From contig CAZIQP010000003.1 of NCBI GenBank assembly GCA_964541315.1, positions 1 through 64,000 of the forward strand: a stretch of 64,000 nucleotides of DNA, read 5' to 3'. How positions within the stretch are numbered: the first letter of the stretch is position 1; each line of letters opens with the position of its first letter. The DNA is from an uncultured Opitutaceae bacterium (GTDB taxonomy: Bacteria > Verrucomicrobiota > Verrucomicrobiia > Opitutales > Opitutaceae). The position numbers were made by a program, and so were the translations under genes. The notes below the pieces were generated by a model that ran no database searches, was not told the DNA's origin, and saw only the letters and a program-made list of their open reading frames with translations. Shown here in pieces: positions 17,389 through 27,742 of the stretch.

Positions 17389-18156
17389 ATGAACTCGATC
17401 CTCAATAGTTTTAAACTCGACGGGAAAACCGCCATTGTCACCGGAGCGGCCCGCGGCCTAGGCCAGGGCATGGCCCTCGCGCTCGCCGAAGCCGGGGCCA
17501 ACATCGTGGCCGTCGACATTCTCGCGGCCGATGACACCCGCAAGCAGGTGGAAGCCCTCGGACGCAAGTGCGTCACGATCGCCGCCAACCTCGGCGACCG
17601 CGCGTCCATTCCCGCCCTGATCGAGACCGCCAAAAAGAGCTTCGCTTCCCTCGACATTCTGGTGAACTGTGCCGGCATCATCCGGCGCGAGGATTTTGAG
17701 AAGTTTTCCGAGAAAGACTGGGACGACGTCATGGGCATCAACATCGATGCCGTGTTTTTCCTCAGTCAGGCCTTCGTGCGCGATCGCCTGGCCAGCAAGG
17801 CCACCGGCAAGATCATCAACATCGCCTCCATGCTTTCTTTTCAAGGCGGTATTCGCGTTCCCTCCTACACGGCTTCAAAGAGCGCGGTGCAGGGCCTGAC
17901 GCGCCTGATCGCGAGCGAAATGGGCGGCAAGGGGATCAACTGCAACGCCATTGCCCCCGGCTACATGGCGACCGACAACACGGCGCCGCTCCGCGCCGAT
18001 GCGGACCGTAGCGCCTCCATTCTCGCCCGTATTCCCGCCGGCCGGTGGGGCACGCCGGACGATCTGCGCGGTGCCGTGGTGTTTCTCGCCTCTTCCGCTT
18101 CCGATTACGTGAACGGTTACACCCTCGCCGTTGATGGCGGCTGGTTGGCCCGCTAA
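17389..18156 (+). CDS. kduD: 2-dehydro-3-deoxy-D-gluconate 5-dehydrogenase (SDR)
   Basis: TGAARGLG, AGIIRR, IASMLSFQGGIRVPSYTASK, VDGGWLAR. Confidence 0.95.
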   Translation: MNSILNSFKLDGKTAIVTGAARGLGQGMALALAEAGANIVAVDILAADDTRKQVEALGRKCVTIAANLGDRASIPALIETAKKSFASLDILVNCAGIIRREDFEKFSEKDWDDVMGINIDAVFFLSQAFVRDRLASKATGKIINIASMLSFQGGIRVPSYTASKSAVQGLTRLIASEMGGKGINCNAIAPGYMATDNTAPLRADADRSASILARIPAGRWGTPDDLRGAVVFLASSASDYVNGYTLAVDGGWLAR

Positions 18157-18166
18157 AAATTTTCCC

Positions 18167-19390
18167 ATGAAAACCCTGCCCCTTTGGATCCTTGGATTCT
18201 TCGCATCGACGCTGGCTGTTTCCGCAGCCGAGAAAGTCACGGTGACCGTGACCCATGAACTCGCGATTGCCCGGCCCGCAGAAACGATCACGGTGCCGTG
18301 GCCGGAAATTGCCCGGCTCCTCCCCGGAGCGCTCCTCCAGCACATTGCCGTGAAGGACGGCTCCGGACGGAGTCTCCCGTATCAGGTCACGAATATCGCG
18401 CCGCAGGCCAAGGACCCGAAAGGCGTGGGCATCGCTTACGGTGATTTGATTTTTCAGCACGATTTCGCCGCCGGGGAAAAATCGGCGGTCTTCACGGTTG
18501 AAAAAATTGCCGAGGTGGCCCCGGTTTTCCCCGTGCAGGCTTACGCCCGTTATGTGCCGGAGCGGCTGGATGATTTTGCCTGGGAAAACGACAAGATTGG
18601 CCATCGCACCTACGGGCAGGCGCTCGCCGCCGCCGCCGAGCCCGGCTCGGGCAAGGAAGTCCTGGTCACGAGCGGACTCGACGTCTGGTGCAAGCGCGTG
18701 AGCTATTCCATCGTCGACCGTTGGTACAACAAGGGCCACGATCACTACCACAAGGACGAGGGCGAGGGGATGGATATGTACAGCGTCGGTTCTACGCTCG
18801 GCTGCGGCGGAACCGGTGTCTGGGATGGAACGAAGCTCTATGCCGGGCGCAATTACAAGGGTTGGAAGATACTCGCCAACGGGCCGATCCGGGCGATTTT
18901 TGAACTCACCTACGAAACCTGGTCGTTCAATGGCGTGGGTGTTTCCGAAGTAAAACGGTTCACGGTCGATGCCGGGCATAATCTCGACCAGATTGAGAGC
19001 ATCTTCACCGTCGGCAGCAATGCCAAGGAGATTACGGTCGCGCTTGGCCTGAACAAGAACCCGGCGGACAGGGGGCAGGAACCGCAGATAGCGCTCACGC
19101 CCAACCAGGCCGATGGTTCGTTCACCCAATGGATCGCACAGAAGACCAACGGCGGTCTCGGCACGGCGGTTCTCGTGCCGACCGCCGCTTTTTCGGGTTT
19201 TGCCGAGGACGAAAGGCATCATCTCGTTTTGACCAAGGTCGTTCCAGGTCAGGCCATCCGTTATTATGTCGGGGCGGGCTGGTCCAAAGCGGGTGAGTTT
19301 ACGAGCCAGCAACAGTGGAACGATTATGTGGCCGCCTGCGCCGCCCGGATTCGTTCGCCCATCAAAGTCACATTGGCGCCGGCTTCCTGA
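18167..19390 (+). CDS. Secreted DUF4861-like protein
   Basis: Signal peptide; 'PERLDDFAWENDKIGHRTYG', 'SGLDVWCK', 'YHKDEGEGMDMYSVG' resemble DUF4861 proteins of pectin loci. Confidence 0.75.
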   Translation: MKTLPLWILGFFASTLAVSAAEKVTVTVTHELAIARPAETITVPWPEIARLLPGALLQHIAVKDGSGRSLPYQVTNIAPQAKDPKGVGIAYGDLIFQHDFAAGEKSAVFTVEKIAEVAPVFPVQAYARYVPERLDDFAWENDKIGHRTYGQALAAAAEPGSGKEVLVTSGLDVWCKRVSYSIVDRWYNKGHDHYHKDEGEGMDMYSVGSTLGCGGTGVWDGTKLYAGRNYKGWKILANGPIRAIFELTYETWSFNGVGVSEVKRFTVDAGHNLDQIESIFTVGSNAKEITVALGLNKNPADRGQEPQIALTPNQADGSFTQWIAQKTNGGLGTAVLVPTAAFSGFAEDERHHLVLTKVVPGQAIRYYVGAGWSKAGEFTSQQQWNDYVAACAARIRSPIKVTLAPAS

Positions 19391-19498
19391 TGCCGCGCCA
19401 TCCGGCAAACCGCCTGGCCGACGGATCACGACGGACTGACATCATTTTCCGTCGGCGCATTTTTCCTTAGACACGAGCCACCGATCCGCCACCACGGC

Positions 19499-22057
19499 AT
19501 GAAAGCATTCCTTGCCCTCTGTGCACTGTCCGCCGCCACCGTTGCGGTTGCCGGGGTTGAGCCACCACAAAAATTCAACGGCGCCACTCCGCTGGAGTGG
19601 TCGGTGAAAATGGCAAAGTCTGAAATGGATCGCCGGGGCGGAACCCTGTTTTATCCTGATCCCGCGGCGCGGTGGGATTACACGCGGGGATTTTTGTCCC
19701 AATCGCTCATCCGGCTTGGCCAGCGGCTGCACGATCCGGCGGTGACGGATTTTGGCGCGCGCATCGTCGAATCCTTTGTCACGCCCGAGGGCGGCATTGC
19801 CACCTACAAGCTGGAAGATTACAATGTCGACAATCTGCCACCGGGCCGGGGCCTTCTGCTGCGCTACGAACAAACCAAAGATCCGAGAATCGCCCAGGCC
19901 ATCCGGCTGCTGCGCCACCAACTGGACGGACAGCCCCGCACCAGCGAAGGCGGTTTCTGGCACAAGCAGCGCTACCCTTATCAGATGTGGCTCGACGGTC
20001 TGTTCATGGGCGCGACTTTCTACGCGCATTACGGCCAGGTGTTTCAGGAGCCGGCGGCCATCGATGATGTGGTGAAACAAATTCTGCTCATGGATCAGCA
20101 CGCCTATGATCCTAAAACGGGCCTGCATTATCACGCCTGGGACGAGAAGAAAATCCAGGGCTGGGCCAACAAGGAGACCGGCACTTCGCCGAATTTCTGG
20201 GGCCGTGCCGAGGGCTGGTACGCCATGGCGCTGGCGGACTGTTTGGATTACATTCCGCCCACGCAGCCGCACGTCACGGAAGTGAATGAAGTTTTCCGCC
20301 GGGTGGCCGATGGGATTGTTCGCTGGCAGGATGCGAAGACCGGCCTGTGGTGGCAGGTGCTCGATCAAGGGGATCGGAAGGGCAACTATCTCGAAGCCAC
20401 CGCCTCGTGCATGTTTGTCTATTCACTCGCGAAGGGGATCAACCGCGGCTACCTGTCCCGCGAAAAATATCTTCCCGCCGTGCTGAAAGGCTACGAAGGC
20501 ATTGTGCGCGATCTCATCCGGCAAAATCCCAGCGGCCGCATCGACCTGACCCGGTGCTGCGAAGTCGCCGGACTGGGCTCCACCAGTCACGGCCGGCCCC
20601 GCGACGGTTCCTTTGAATATTATATCAGCGAAAACATCGTTGATAACGACCTGAAGGGCATTCCGTCCTTTGTTCTCGCCGGCATCGAACTCGACCAGTT
20701 GCTTGATACCTCGGAAGCGGCGCTCGTCGTGCGCGACTGGGAGGCGCTCCCGGCTTTGCTGGCGAAGATCAACGCCCCGCAGTTTGCCGCGCGTGATTTT
20801 CCGATCACTGGTTTCGGGGCCAAACCGGGCGCGGATGCTTCCGCCGCGATCAAGGACGCTATCGCCGCCTGCCATCAGGCCGGCGGTGGCAGGGTGGTTG
20901 TGCCCGCCGGCGAGTGGCTTACCGGCCCGATTTCCCTCCTGAGCAACGTCAATCTGCACGTCAGCGAAGGCGCGACGCTCAAGTTTCTCTTCGATCCGGC
21001 CAAATACCCCGTCGTCCTCACCCGCTGGGAAGGCGTGGAGTGCATGAATTATTCGCCGCTGATCTACGCCTACGGCGAAGAGAACATTGCCATCACCGGT
21101 GCGGGCACGCTCGATGGTGGCGCCGATGACACGACATGGTGGGCCTGGAACAAAAAAGGCGATACTGTCAAAAAGCAGCACGAGGCGCGGCTCAAAATGC
21201 GCCGGCAGGGCGAGGCGGGCGTGCCCGTGGCCGAACGCGTTTTCGGTGACGGCAGTTTCCTGCGGCCAAACTTCATCCAACCCTACCGATGCAAGAACAT
21301 CCTTATCGAGGGCGTCAGCATTGTCCGTTCGCCCATGTGGGAAATCCACCCCGTGCTTTCGGAGAACATCACCGTGCGCGGGGTGCGGATCCATTCGCGC
21401 GGGCCGAACAATGACGGCTGCGATCCCGAGTCGTCGCGCAACATTCTGATCGAGGACTGTGTTTTTGACACGGGCGACGATTGCATCGCGATCAAATCCG
21501 GACGCAACAACGACGGCCGGCGGATCAACGTGCCGAGTGAAAACATCATCATCCGCCACTGCACGATGCAGGAGGGCCACGGCGGGGTGGTCATCGGCAG
21601 CGAAATCAGCGGCGGCTGCCGCAATGTGTTTGTGGAAGACTGCCGGATGGACAGCCCGCGTCTCGACCGCGCCCTGCGTCTCAAGTCCAACGCGCAGCGC
21701 GGCGGGGTGATCGAAAATATTTTCATGCGCAATGTCGAGATCGGTCAGGTGACCGAGGCCGTGCTCACCGTCGACTTCCTGTACGAGGAGGGGGCCAACG
21801 GGTCTTTCCCGCCGACGGTGCGGAACGTGCAGCTTGATCATGTCACCAGCCGGGCCAGTCCGCGCGTGATGTGGATTCGCGGCTTCGAAGGCGCCACCAT
21901 CACGGGGATCAGGTTCACCGATTGCGCCTTTTACGGCGTGACCTCCACCGATCTTGTGCAGCATGTTGGCACGATCAATCTCACCCATGTCACGATTGAG
22001 CCCGCCGTTAAGGTCCGCAGCCTCAATTCAATCCCAGCATCCACCGCCACCCCATGA
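19499..22057 (+). CDS. Secreted bimodular GH105 (unsaturated rhamnogalacturonyl hydrolase) - GH28 (polygalacturonase)
   Basis: GH105: WDY, GGFWHK, QMWLDGLFM, WGRAEGW, NYLEATAS. GH28 from about 20735: NNDG, GDD, GHG, RLKS. Confidence 0.9.
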   Translation: MKAFLALCALSAATVAVAGVEPPQKFNGATPLEWSVKMAKSEMDRRGGTLFYPDPAARWDYTRGFLSQSLIRLGQRLHDPAVTDFGARIVESFVTPEGGIATYKLEDYNVDNLPPGRGLLLRYEQTKDPRIAQAIRLLRHQLDGQPRTSEGGFWHKQRYPYQMWLDGLFMGATFYAHYGQVFQEPAAIDDVVKQILLMDQHAYDPKTGLHYHAWDEKKIQGWANKETGTSPNFWGRAEGWYAMALADCLDYIPPTQPHVTEVNEVFRRVADGIVRWQDAKTGLWWQVLDQGDRKGNYLEATASCMFVYSLAKGINRGYLSREKYLPAVLKGYEGIVRDLIRQNPSGRIDLTRCCEVAGLGSTSHGRPRDGSFEYYISENIVDNDLKGIPSFVLAGIELDQLLDTSEAALVVRDWEALPALLAKINAPQFAARDFPITGFGAKPGADASAAIKDAIAACHQAGGGRVVVPAGEWLTGPISLLSNVNLHVSEGATLKFLFDPAKYPVVLTRWEGVECMNYSPLIYAYGEENIAITGAGTLDGGADDTTWWAWNKKGDTVKKQHEARLKMRRQGEAGVPVAERVFGDGSFLRPNFIQPYRCKNILIEGVSIVRSPMWEIHPVLSENITVRGVRIHSRGPNNDGCDPESSRNILIEDCVFDTGDDCIAIKSGRNNDGRRINVPSENIIIRHCTMQEGHGGVVIGSEISGGCRNVFVEDCRMDSPRLDRALRLKSNAQRGGVIENIFMRNVEIGQVTEAVLTVDFLYEEGANGSFPPTVRNVQLDHVTSRASPRVMWIRGFEGATITGIRFTDCAFYGVTSTDLVQHVGTINLTHVTIEPAVKVRSLNSIPASTATP

Positions 22058-23364
22058 GCCAGTCCTCCGCTCCGGTTTCGTCCCCAGCGCCCAGCAATTA
22101 CCGTTGGGTGGTTTGTGCCCTGCTGTTTGCCGCCACCACCGTCAATTACATCGACCGGCAGATTCTGGCGCTGATCAAGCCCATCCTCGACGAGCAGTTG
22201 CACTGGACCAACGAGCAGTTCGGCTACATCAACGGCGCTTTTCAGGGGGCCTACGCCGTCGGGCTGTTGGTCTTCGGGTGGTTCATCGACCGCTACGGCA
22301 CCAAGATCGGCTATGCGGTTTCCATCGCGGCCTGGAGTGCCGCGGCCATCGGCCACGCGCTGGTTTTCAGCATCGGCGGCTTTCTCTTTGCGCGCATCGC
22401 GCTTGGCCTGGGCGAGGGCGGCAATTTCCCCTCGGCCATCAAGGCTGTCGCGCTGTGGTTTCCCAAGCGCGAACGCGCCACCGCCACCGCCGTGTTTAAT
22501 TCCGGCACCAACGCCGGCGCCATCATCGCACCCCTGCTCGTGCCGGTCATTGTGCTGAACCTGGGCTGGCACTGGGCCTTTGTTTTTGCGGGTGCCGCCG
22601 GCATCCTCTGGCTCATCTTCTGGCTGCCGTTCTATAACGTGCCGGAAAAAATCAAGGCGGCGAATGCGGCCGAGCTCGCGCACATTGCCAGCGACGGCGA
22701 CGATACCAGCCGTGACGGCGAGAAAACATCCTGGCTCAGCCTGCTGGGTTACCGGCAGACCTGGTCGTTCATCGTGGCCAAGGCGCTGACCGATCCGGTG
22801 TGGTGGTTTTTCCTGACGTGGTTGCCCGACTTCTTCAAGAAAACCCGGCATCTCGACATCAAGGAAAGCGGTCCGATGCTCGCGACGATTTACGGCCTTG
22901 CCACGGTGCTGAGCATTTCCAGCGGCTGGGTGATCGGCGCGCTGGTCAAATCCGGCTGGTCGGTCACACGGGCCCGAAAGACCGGCATGTTGTTTTTCGG
23001 CTGTTGTGTGATTCCGATTGTTTTTGTGAAGGACGTCGGCGACTGGCAGGCGGTGCTGCTCATCGGTTTTGCCTGCTCCGCACACCAGGCCTGGTCGGCC
23101 AATCTGTTCACCACCGCGTCCGACATGTTTCCCAAGCGGGCGGTCGCCTCGGTCGTGGGGCTCGGCGGCATGGCGGGCTCGGCGTTGGGCATATTTTTTC
23201 CAATCCTGGCCGGCCGTTTGCTCGATGCGTTCACGGCCCGGGGCAATGTCTCCGGCGGTTACGCGGTGCTTTTTTCCATCTGCGCCTGCGCCTATGTTCT
23301 GGCCTTCATCATCCAGCATCTCCTCGCGCCCAGGTTTGAAATGGTTGAACTGAAACCGGTCTGA
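22054..23364 (+). CDS. MFS hexuronate transporter (ExuT-like)
   Basis: NYIDRQ, GEGGNFP, WFPKRERA, DPVWWFFLTWLP, AHQAWSAN; ATGA overlap with the upstream gene. Confidence 0.88.
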   Translation: MSQSSAPVSSPAPSNYRWVVCALLFAATTVNYIDRQILALIKPILDEQLHWTNEQFGYINGAFQGAYAVGLLVFGWFIDRYGTKIGYAVSIAAWSAAAIGHALVFSIGGFLFARIALGLGEGGNFPSAIKAVALWFPKRERATATAVFNSGTNAGAIIAPLLVPVIVLNLGWHWAFVFAGAAGILWLIFWLPFYNVPEKIKAANAAELAHIASDGDDTSRDGEKTSWLSLLGYRQTWSFIVAKALTDPVWWFFLTWLPDFFKKTRHLDIKESGPMLATIYGLATVLSISSGWVIGALVKSGWSVTRARKTGMLFFGCCVIPIVFVKDVGDWQAVLLIGFACSAHQAWSANLFTTASDMFPKRAVASVVGLGGMAGSALGIFFPILAGRLLDAFTARGNVSGGYAVLFSICACAYVLAFIIQHLLAPRFEMVELKPV

Positions 23365-23365
23365 T

Positions 23366-24394
23366 ATGCGCCCCCGGGCCGCCAACAGATTTTTTTCAAG
23401 GTTCATGGCCGGTTTTTTGTTGCTGGCGGGCTTTTATTTGGCCGGGCCGGATGTGGTTGCATCCGATGCCGTGGGTTTGCCGGCGTTGGCGAAGGCGGAT
23501 GCGGTTGTCGCGCCGGATGGTTCCGGCCAATATAAATCGGTGCAGGAGGCGATCAGCGCCGCGCCCATGCGCACCGCGGCCACCGATCCGTGCTGGGTGA
23601 TTTTTGTGCGGACGGGCATTTACCGGGAGCGCATCTACGTTCAGCGCGAACGCGGCAATATCGCGGTCATCGGCGAAGACGCGGGGAAAACGATCATCAC
23701 TTACGATCTGAACGCGAACCTGCCCGGCCCCGATGGCAAACCGATCGGCACGTTCCGCACTCCGACGGTGCAGATCGACGGCGACGGCATGCGCTGGGAG
23801 AACCTGACCATCGCCAATTCTGCCGGGCCGGTCGGGCAGGCCCTGGCCTTGCGCGTGGATGCGGACCGGGTCGTATTCAGGCGCTGTCGTTTTCTCGGCT
23901 GGCAGGACACCGTTCTCGTCGACCGCGGGCGCCAGTACTTCGCCGACTGCTACATTGAGGGGCATGTGGATTTTATTTTTGGCGCCGCCACCGCATATTT
24001 TGACCACTGCCATATTCATTGCCTGAAAGACGGCTTTATCACCGCCGCTTCCACGCCCGAGGATACCGCGTACGGGTTCGTCTTTGCCGATTGCAAAATT
24101 ACCGGAGCCGAAGGCGTCAAGTCCTGCCTTGGCCGACCGTGGAGGAATTTTGCACGGACGATTTTTCTGCGGACGGAAATGTCGGGCGTTGTCCGCGCCG
24201 AAGGCTGGCACAACTGGGACAAGCCTCAGGCGGAGCCAACCGTTTTCTACGCGGAATTTGGCAGCACGGGACCGGGAGCGCGTCCATCGGCTCGCGTTCC
24301 CTGGGCGAAATCGCTCACGGAGGCGGAAGCGGCGGCCATGACGCCGGCCAAGGTTCTGGCTGGCTCCGACCATTGGAACCCTGTGCCGCCATGA
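23366..24394 (+). CDS. Pectin methylesterase (CE8)
   Basis: DGSGQY, QALAL, QDT, DFIFG, LGRPW motifs; start may be ATG 23405. Confidence 0.9.
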   Translation: MRPRAANRFFSRFMAGFLLLAGFYLAGPDVVASDAVGLPALAKADAVVAPDGSGQYKSVQEAISAAPMRTAATDPCWVIFVRTGIYRERIYVQRERGNIAVIGEDAGKTIITYDLNANLPGPDGKPIGTFRTPTVQIDGDGMRWENLTIANSAGPVGQALALRVDADRVVFRRCRFLGWQDTVLVDRGRQYFADCYIEGHVDFIFGAATAYFDHCHIHCLKDGFITAASTPEDTAYGFVFADCKITGAEGVKSCLGRPWRNFARTIFLRTEMSGVVRAEGWHNWDKPQAEPTVFYAEFGSTGPGARPSARVPWAKSLTEAEAAAMTPAKVLAGSDHWNPVPP

Positions 24395-25302
24395 TGCCTG
24401 TTGTCCGTCTGCTTTGGCTGTTAATTTTGCCTGTGCCGGGACTCGCTCTGGAAACGGCGCCTGCGCCGGCACTTTTTCCGGGGCAATCGGCCACCAAGAT
24501 CACCGACATCGAATATGGTCGGGCGGGTGGGGAGAAGCTGTTGCTCGATGTGAGCGTGCCTGCCGGCCAAGGTCCGTTTCCTGTGGCCATTCTGGTCCAT
24601 GGTGGCGGGTGGAGCAGCGGGGACAAGGCGGGCAGCGACCAGCCCGGCAATGGCAGGGATATTTCCGCCTGGTTCGCGCCGCTGACCGAGGCAAAGTTCG
24701 CCTGGTTTTCCATCAACTACCGGCAGGCGCCGAAAAACCGCTGGCCGGCCTGCTTCGAGGATGTGCAGACTGCGATCCGCTGGGTGAAAGCCCACGCCGC
24801 CACCTACAAGGGAGATCCGTCGCACATTGTGCTTTTCGGTCATTCCGCCGGCGGGCATCTGGTCTGTCTCGCGGCCACCGTGGAGGACGAAAGCATCCGC
24901 GTGCAGGCCGTGGTCGGTTTTGCGGCGGTGACCGATCACGAGCAGGACCTGCCGGTGCGCCAGGGACTGAGCCCGTCGCTGCAAAAGTTGCTGAATCGTC
25001 CGATGGAACTTAATCCCGAAACGCTCGCCCAGCTTCGCGCGATTTCCCCGCTCAACCATGTGCGAGCAGGACTGCCGCCCTTCCTGTTGATTCACGGCGA
25101 CGCCGACCAGACCGTGCCCATCCGGCAATCGCGCGATTTCCAAGCCCGATTGCTGGCGGCGGGCGTGCCCTGCGAATTGATGATCATACCCGGGGCGGGA
25201 CATGGCTTCCTGAACTGGGAGCAGTTTTCACCCGATTACACGAGCCGCATGGTGGATTGGCTGAAAAAGACCCTGGCACCTGCGCCAGTCGCGACGCACT
25301 GA
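24391..25302 (+). CDS. Secreted alpha/beta-hydrolase esterase (HSL/BD-FAE-like)
   Basis: HGGGW, GHSAGG, HGDAD, GAGH; signal peptide; ATGA overlap with the PME stop. Confidence 0.85.
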   Translation: MMPVVRLLWLLILPVPGLALETAPAPALFPGQSATKITDIEYGRAGGEKLLLDVSVPAGQGPFPVAILVHGGGWSSGDKAGSDQPGNGRDISAWFAPLTEAKFAWFSINYRQAPKNRWPACFEDVQTAIRWVKAHAATYKGDPSHIVLFGHSAGGHLVCLAATVEDESIRVQAVVGFAAVTDHEQDLPVRQGLSPSLQKLLNRPMELNPETLAQLRAISPLNHVRAGLPPFLLIHGDADQTVPIRQSRDFQARLLAAGVPCELMIIPGAGHGFLNWEQFSPDYTSRMVDWLKKTLAPAPVATH

Positions 25303-26210
25303 GCCGTGAGAAGAAAAACGGCGGGGAAACGATAAGGCTGTCCGTGCGGACGCCACCGACCCCGTTTTTAGTTTTCTCGGATGAATAATATTTCCGATCC
25401 GTTTTTTTGTTCTCTCGCCCGTGGCGATATGCGGTGCCCGTGGCGCCACGAAGCGCGCAAGGCGGGCAGCCCAGCCCCGATAAGTCGATTCATTCCGCCA
25501 CGCTCACGCATCGTTTTGATCCGTGCCCTTTCCCAATCGCTGGAGCCGATGTCGGCGGCGGTTCCATGGGCCGCAAGGCCCGGCGCGGGTCCTGGCCCGC
25601 CTTCGCTTCCCTTTCTGCTTTCGCGGTGGAGCGGCTTGCTCCCAAGACGTTTTTCCTGTCAGCCGGATTTCCCCCCCAAGGCAGCAACTGCCGGAGCAGG
25701 TTTCTTGTCGCGCCGGAGCCAGGCGGAGTCGGAATCCCGCGATGTCTTGATCGGCCAGCGAGCCAGGACCGTACTGCGGGTCCGCCGCCTTCTGAGCATT
25801 CCTGCAGAACCGGCGCAAGGCTTCGCGCGCCGGCCCCGCCGCAGACCCTTCCTTCGCGGCTCCCGTGTTTTTTCACCAACTCGACCGTGCCGGGGCGTGT
25901 TTGGTTTCGCACAGACGCAGCAAGGTCAGGATTTCGCGGGTGTGGGAGGCCTTTACTATCGGAGTCAGGTTCGAAGAGGCCAAGGCGGCCTTACAACCGG
26001 GGGAATGAAACGGGCTGTTGAGGATTCATCCACATGTGGCCCGTGCGGCGTTGAGTTGATGTTTTGCCGGGTAAAAATCAACCGGTAAAAGTTTAATCCA
26101 TCGGAATCGTGCATTGCGTTCCAAAAGTTTAGCCACTGACCTTGAGTAAATTTACAATGCCAGCAAAAGCTCAACCCAGTTGGTCCTAATATACTGATGG
26201 GCGAACAAAG

Positions 26211-26744
26211 ATGTCCCTCGCGCTTCCCTTCACTCTCTATACGAAGAAGACGAAGATGATCTGGCTTCTGTTTCTGTGCAGCGCGTTCACCGCTGGCGGC
26301 ATCTGGATGATTCTCGATGGCCAGAAGATGGGATGGTTCTGTGGCGGCTTCTTCGCTTTGGGCATTCCGATCTTTCTCATTCAGATGCATCCGCGTGCTT
26401 CGTATCTCACGGTGAGCCACGAGGGCTTCGAGTTCAGCTCGCTCTTCAGGAAGACCCGCTATCGGTGGTCAGACCTCTCTGCTTTTGGCACATATACGCT
26501 TCGTCAGAAAGGTATGCCAGTGGGCACCTTCGTTGGATTTGATTTTTCGCCCGAGTGCCAGATTGCCCCGAAGATGAGAGCCGTGTCCAAGGCTATGGCC
26601 GGATTTGAAGGCGGCTTGCCGGATACCTACGGCATGAAGGCCGATGAGCTCGCTCTCCTACTCGCGAGTTATCACGCAGAAAGCATGAAGAAGGCCCATC
26701 CAGTCGGCACAGACAACGACCGGGCTTCGCCCGGTCGTGTCTGA
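26211..26744 (+). CDS. Hypothetical protein with two N-terminal TM helices (gene-cassette-like)
   Basis: 177-aa ORF whose 3' end reads into an attC-like hairpin. Confidence 0.7.
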   Translation: MSLALPFTLYTKKTKMIWLLFLCSAFTAGGIWMILDGQKMGWFCGGFFALGIPIFLIQMHPRASYLTVSHEGFEFSSLFRKTRYRWSDLSAFGTYTLRQKGMPVGTFVGFDFSPECQIAPKMRAVSKAMAGFEGGLPDTYGMKADELALLLASYHAESMKKAHPVGTDNDRASPGRV

Positions 26745-26764
26745 CCTCAAACGTTGATCTGGGC
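26694..26764 (+). mobile_element. Degenerate integron attC site
   Basis: GCCCATC...CAGACAACGACCGGGC-TTC-GCCCGGTCGTGTCTG (hairpin with one bulged base)...AAACGTTGATCTGGGC, directly before the next ATG. Confidence 0.7.
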
Positions 26765-26772
26765 AAAAAGAG

Positions 26773-27582
26773 ATGACTGAATACCGCGCGCAGCTTTATA
26801 ACCTCACCGAAGCGGAGTGCGACACAGTGGTTTGGCGTTACCTGACGTTTCCGAAGTTTATCTCGCTTGTGGCGTATGGTGCATTGTGGTTCTCAAAGCT
26901 CACAATTTTATCCGACGAATTTGAGGGTAGGTTGCCTGCAAAAACAGAGGCGCGAATGAAACTGCAGAACCAAGAGTGGAAGCAGGTCTTCCAAGGAAGC
27001 GACTTCCATGCTCAGATTGACGAATGGCCCGCTAGAAATGTTGCGGACGGACGGGCTCTCTCGTTGGTTAATTGTTGGTTTATTGGTGAGCATGAGTCCG
27101 AAAGAATGTGGGGTGAGTATGTGCCTGGCGGAGATGGAGTCGCAGTCAGATCTACGATACGCAAGGTGCGTGATAGCGTGTACCTTAATCCTGAATGGAG
27201 TTTTATTGGTAAGGTTCAGTATGTGAATTTTAGCACTTTCGATATGTCCTCCTATCACGGAAGTCAGGCGCACCACAGGGCATTCTTGAAGGATGAAGCT
27301 CGTTTCGCTCATGAATCCGAACTTCGGATCGAGACAATGAATACTCGCACTCCTTTTTGCCTAGATTCGCTAGGTCGACCGTTGTCACCGCAAGATTTGA
27401 CAGGTGTTGGAATGAATAATCCAGACGATGCCGGACTTTTTATTCGTGCGAATTTGAAGAGTCTTTTTGACCATATCATTCTGCATCCAAAGATTCCGCG
27501 CTGGATAGAAATTCTTGTGATGCATATACGAGATAAGTCAGGACTTGGCTGGACCGTGACTAAATCCGAATTATGCAAGTAG
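26773..27582 (+). CDS. DUF2971-like protein (gene-cassette-like, AT-richer)
   Basis: WRY..F.KF, DEFEG, NCW...ESERMWGEY, GVAVRST, K...FAHESELR; stop followed by GCCCAAC (attC R'' consensus RYYYAAC). Confidence 0.7.
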   Translation: MTEYRAQLYNLTEAECDTVVWRYLTFPKFISLVAYGALWFSKLTILSDEFEGRLPAKTEARMKLQNQEWKQVFQGSDFHAQIDEWPARNVADGRALSLVNCWFIGEHESERMWGEYVPGGDGVAVRSTIRKVRDSVYLNPEWSFIGKVQYVNFSTFDMSSYHGSQAHHRAFLKDEARFAHESELRIETMNTRTPFCLDSLGRPLSPQDLTGVGMNNPDDAGLFIRANLKSLFDHIILHPKIPRWIEILVMHIRDKSGLGWTVTKSELCK

Positions 27583-27620
27583 CCCAACTCCGAGGGTTCT
27601 GCTGCGCCGCAGCGCGCAGC

Positions 27621-27655
27621 GGGACAGAAAATAGGGTCAGGTTGATAATGTTATA
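27621..27655 (+). repeat. Terminal sequence of a Y1/RAYT-like element
   Basis: GGGACAGAAAATAGGGTCAGGTTGATAATGTTATA; its last 20 nt are identical to 50901-50920. Confidence 0.7.
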
Positions 27656-27742
27656 TTTTCTATTTTGTGAAGAATGCCGGTGCTGGCACAGATTATAACA
27701 TTTGCAGCCCACCTCTTTTTTTCTCTGTCTGAACGTTGCAAA

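Noticed and set aside
25490..25920. Possible riboswitch (e.g. cobalamin) in the long intergenic region
   Set aside because: Only isolated short matches; conserved elements are not present in order.
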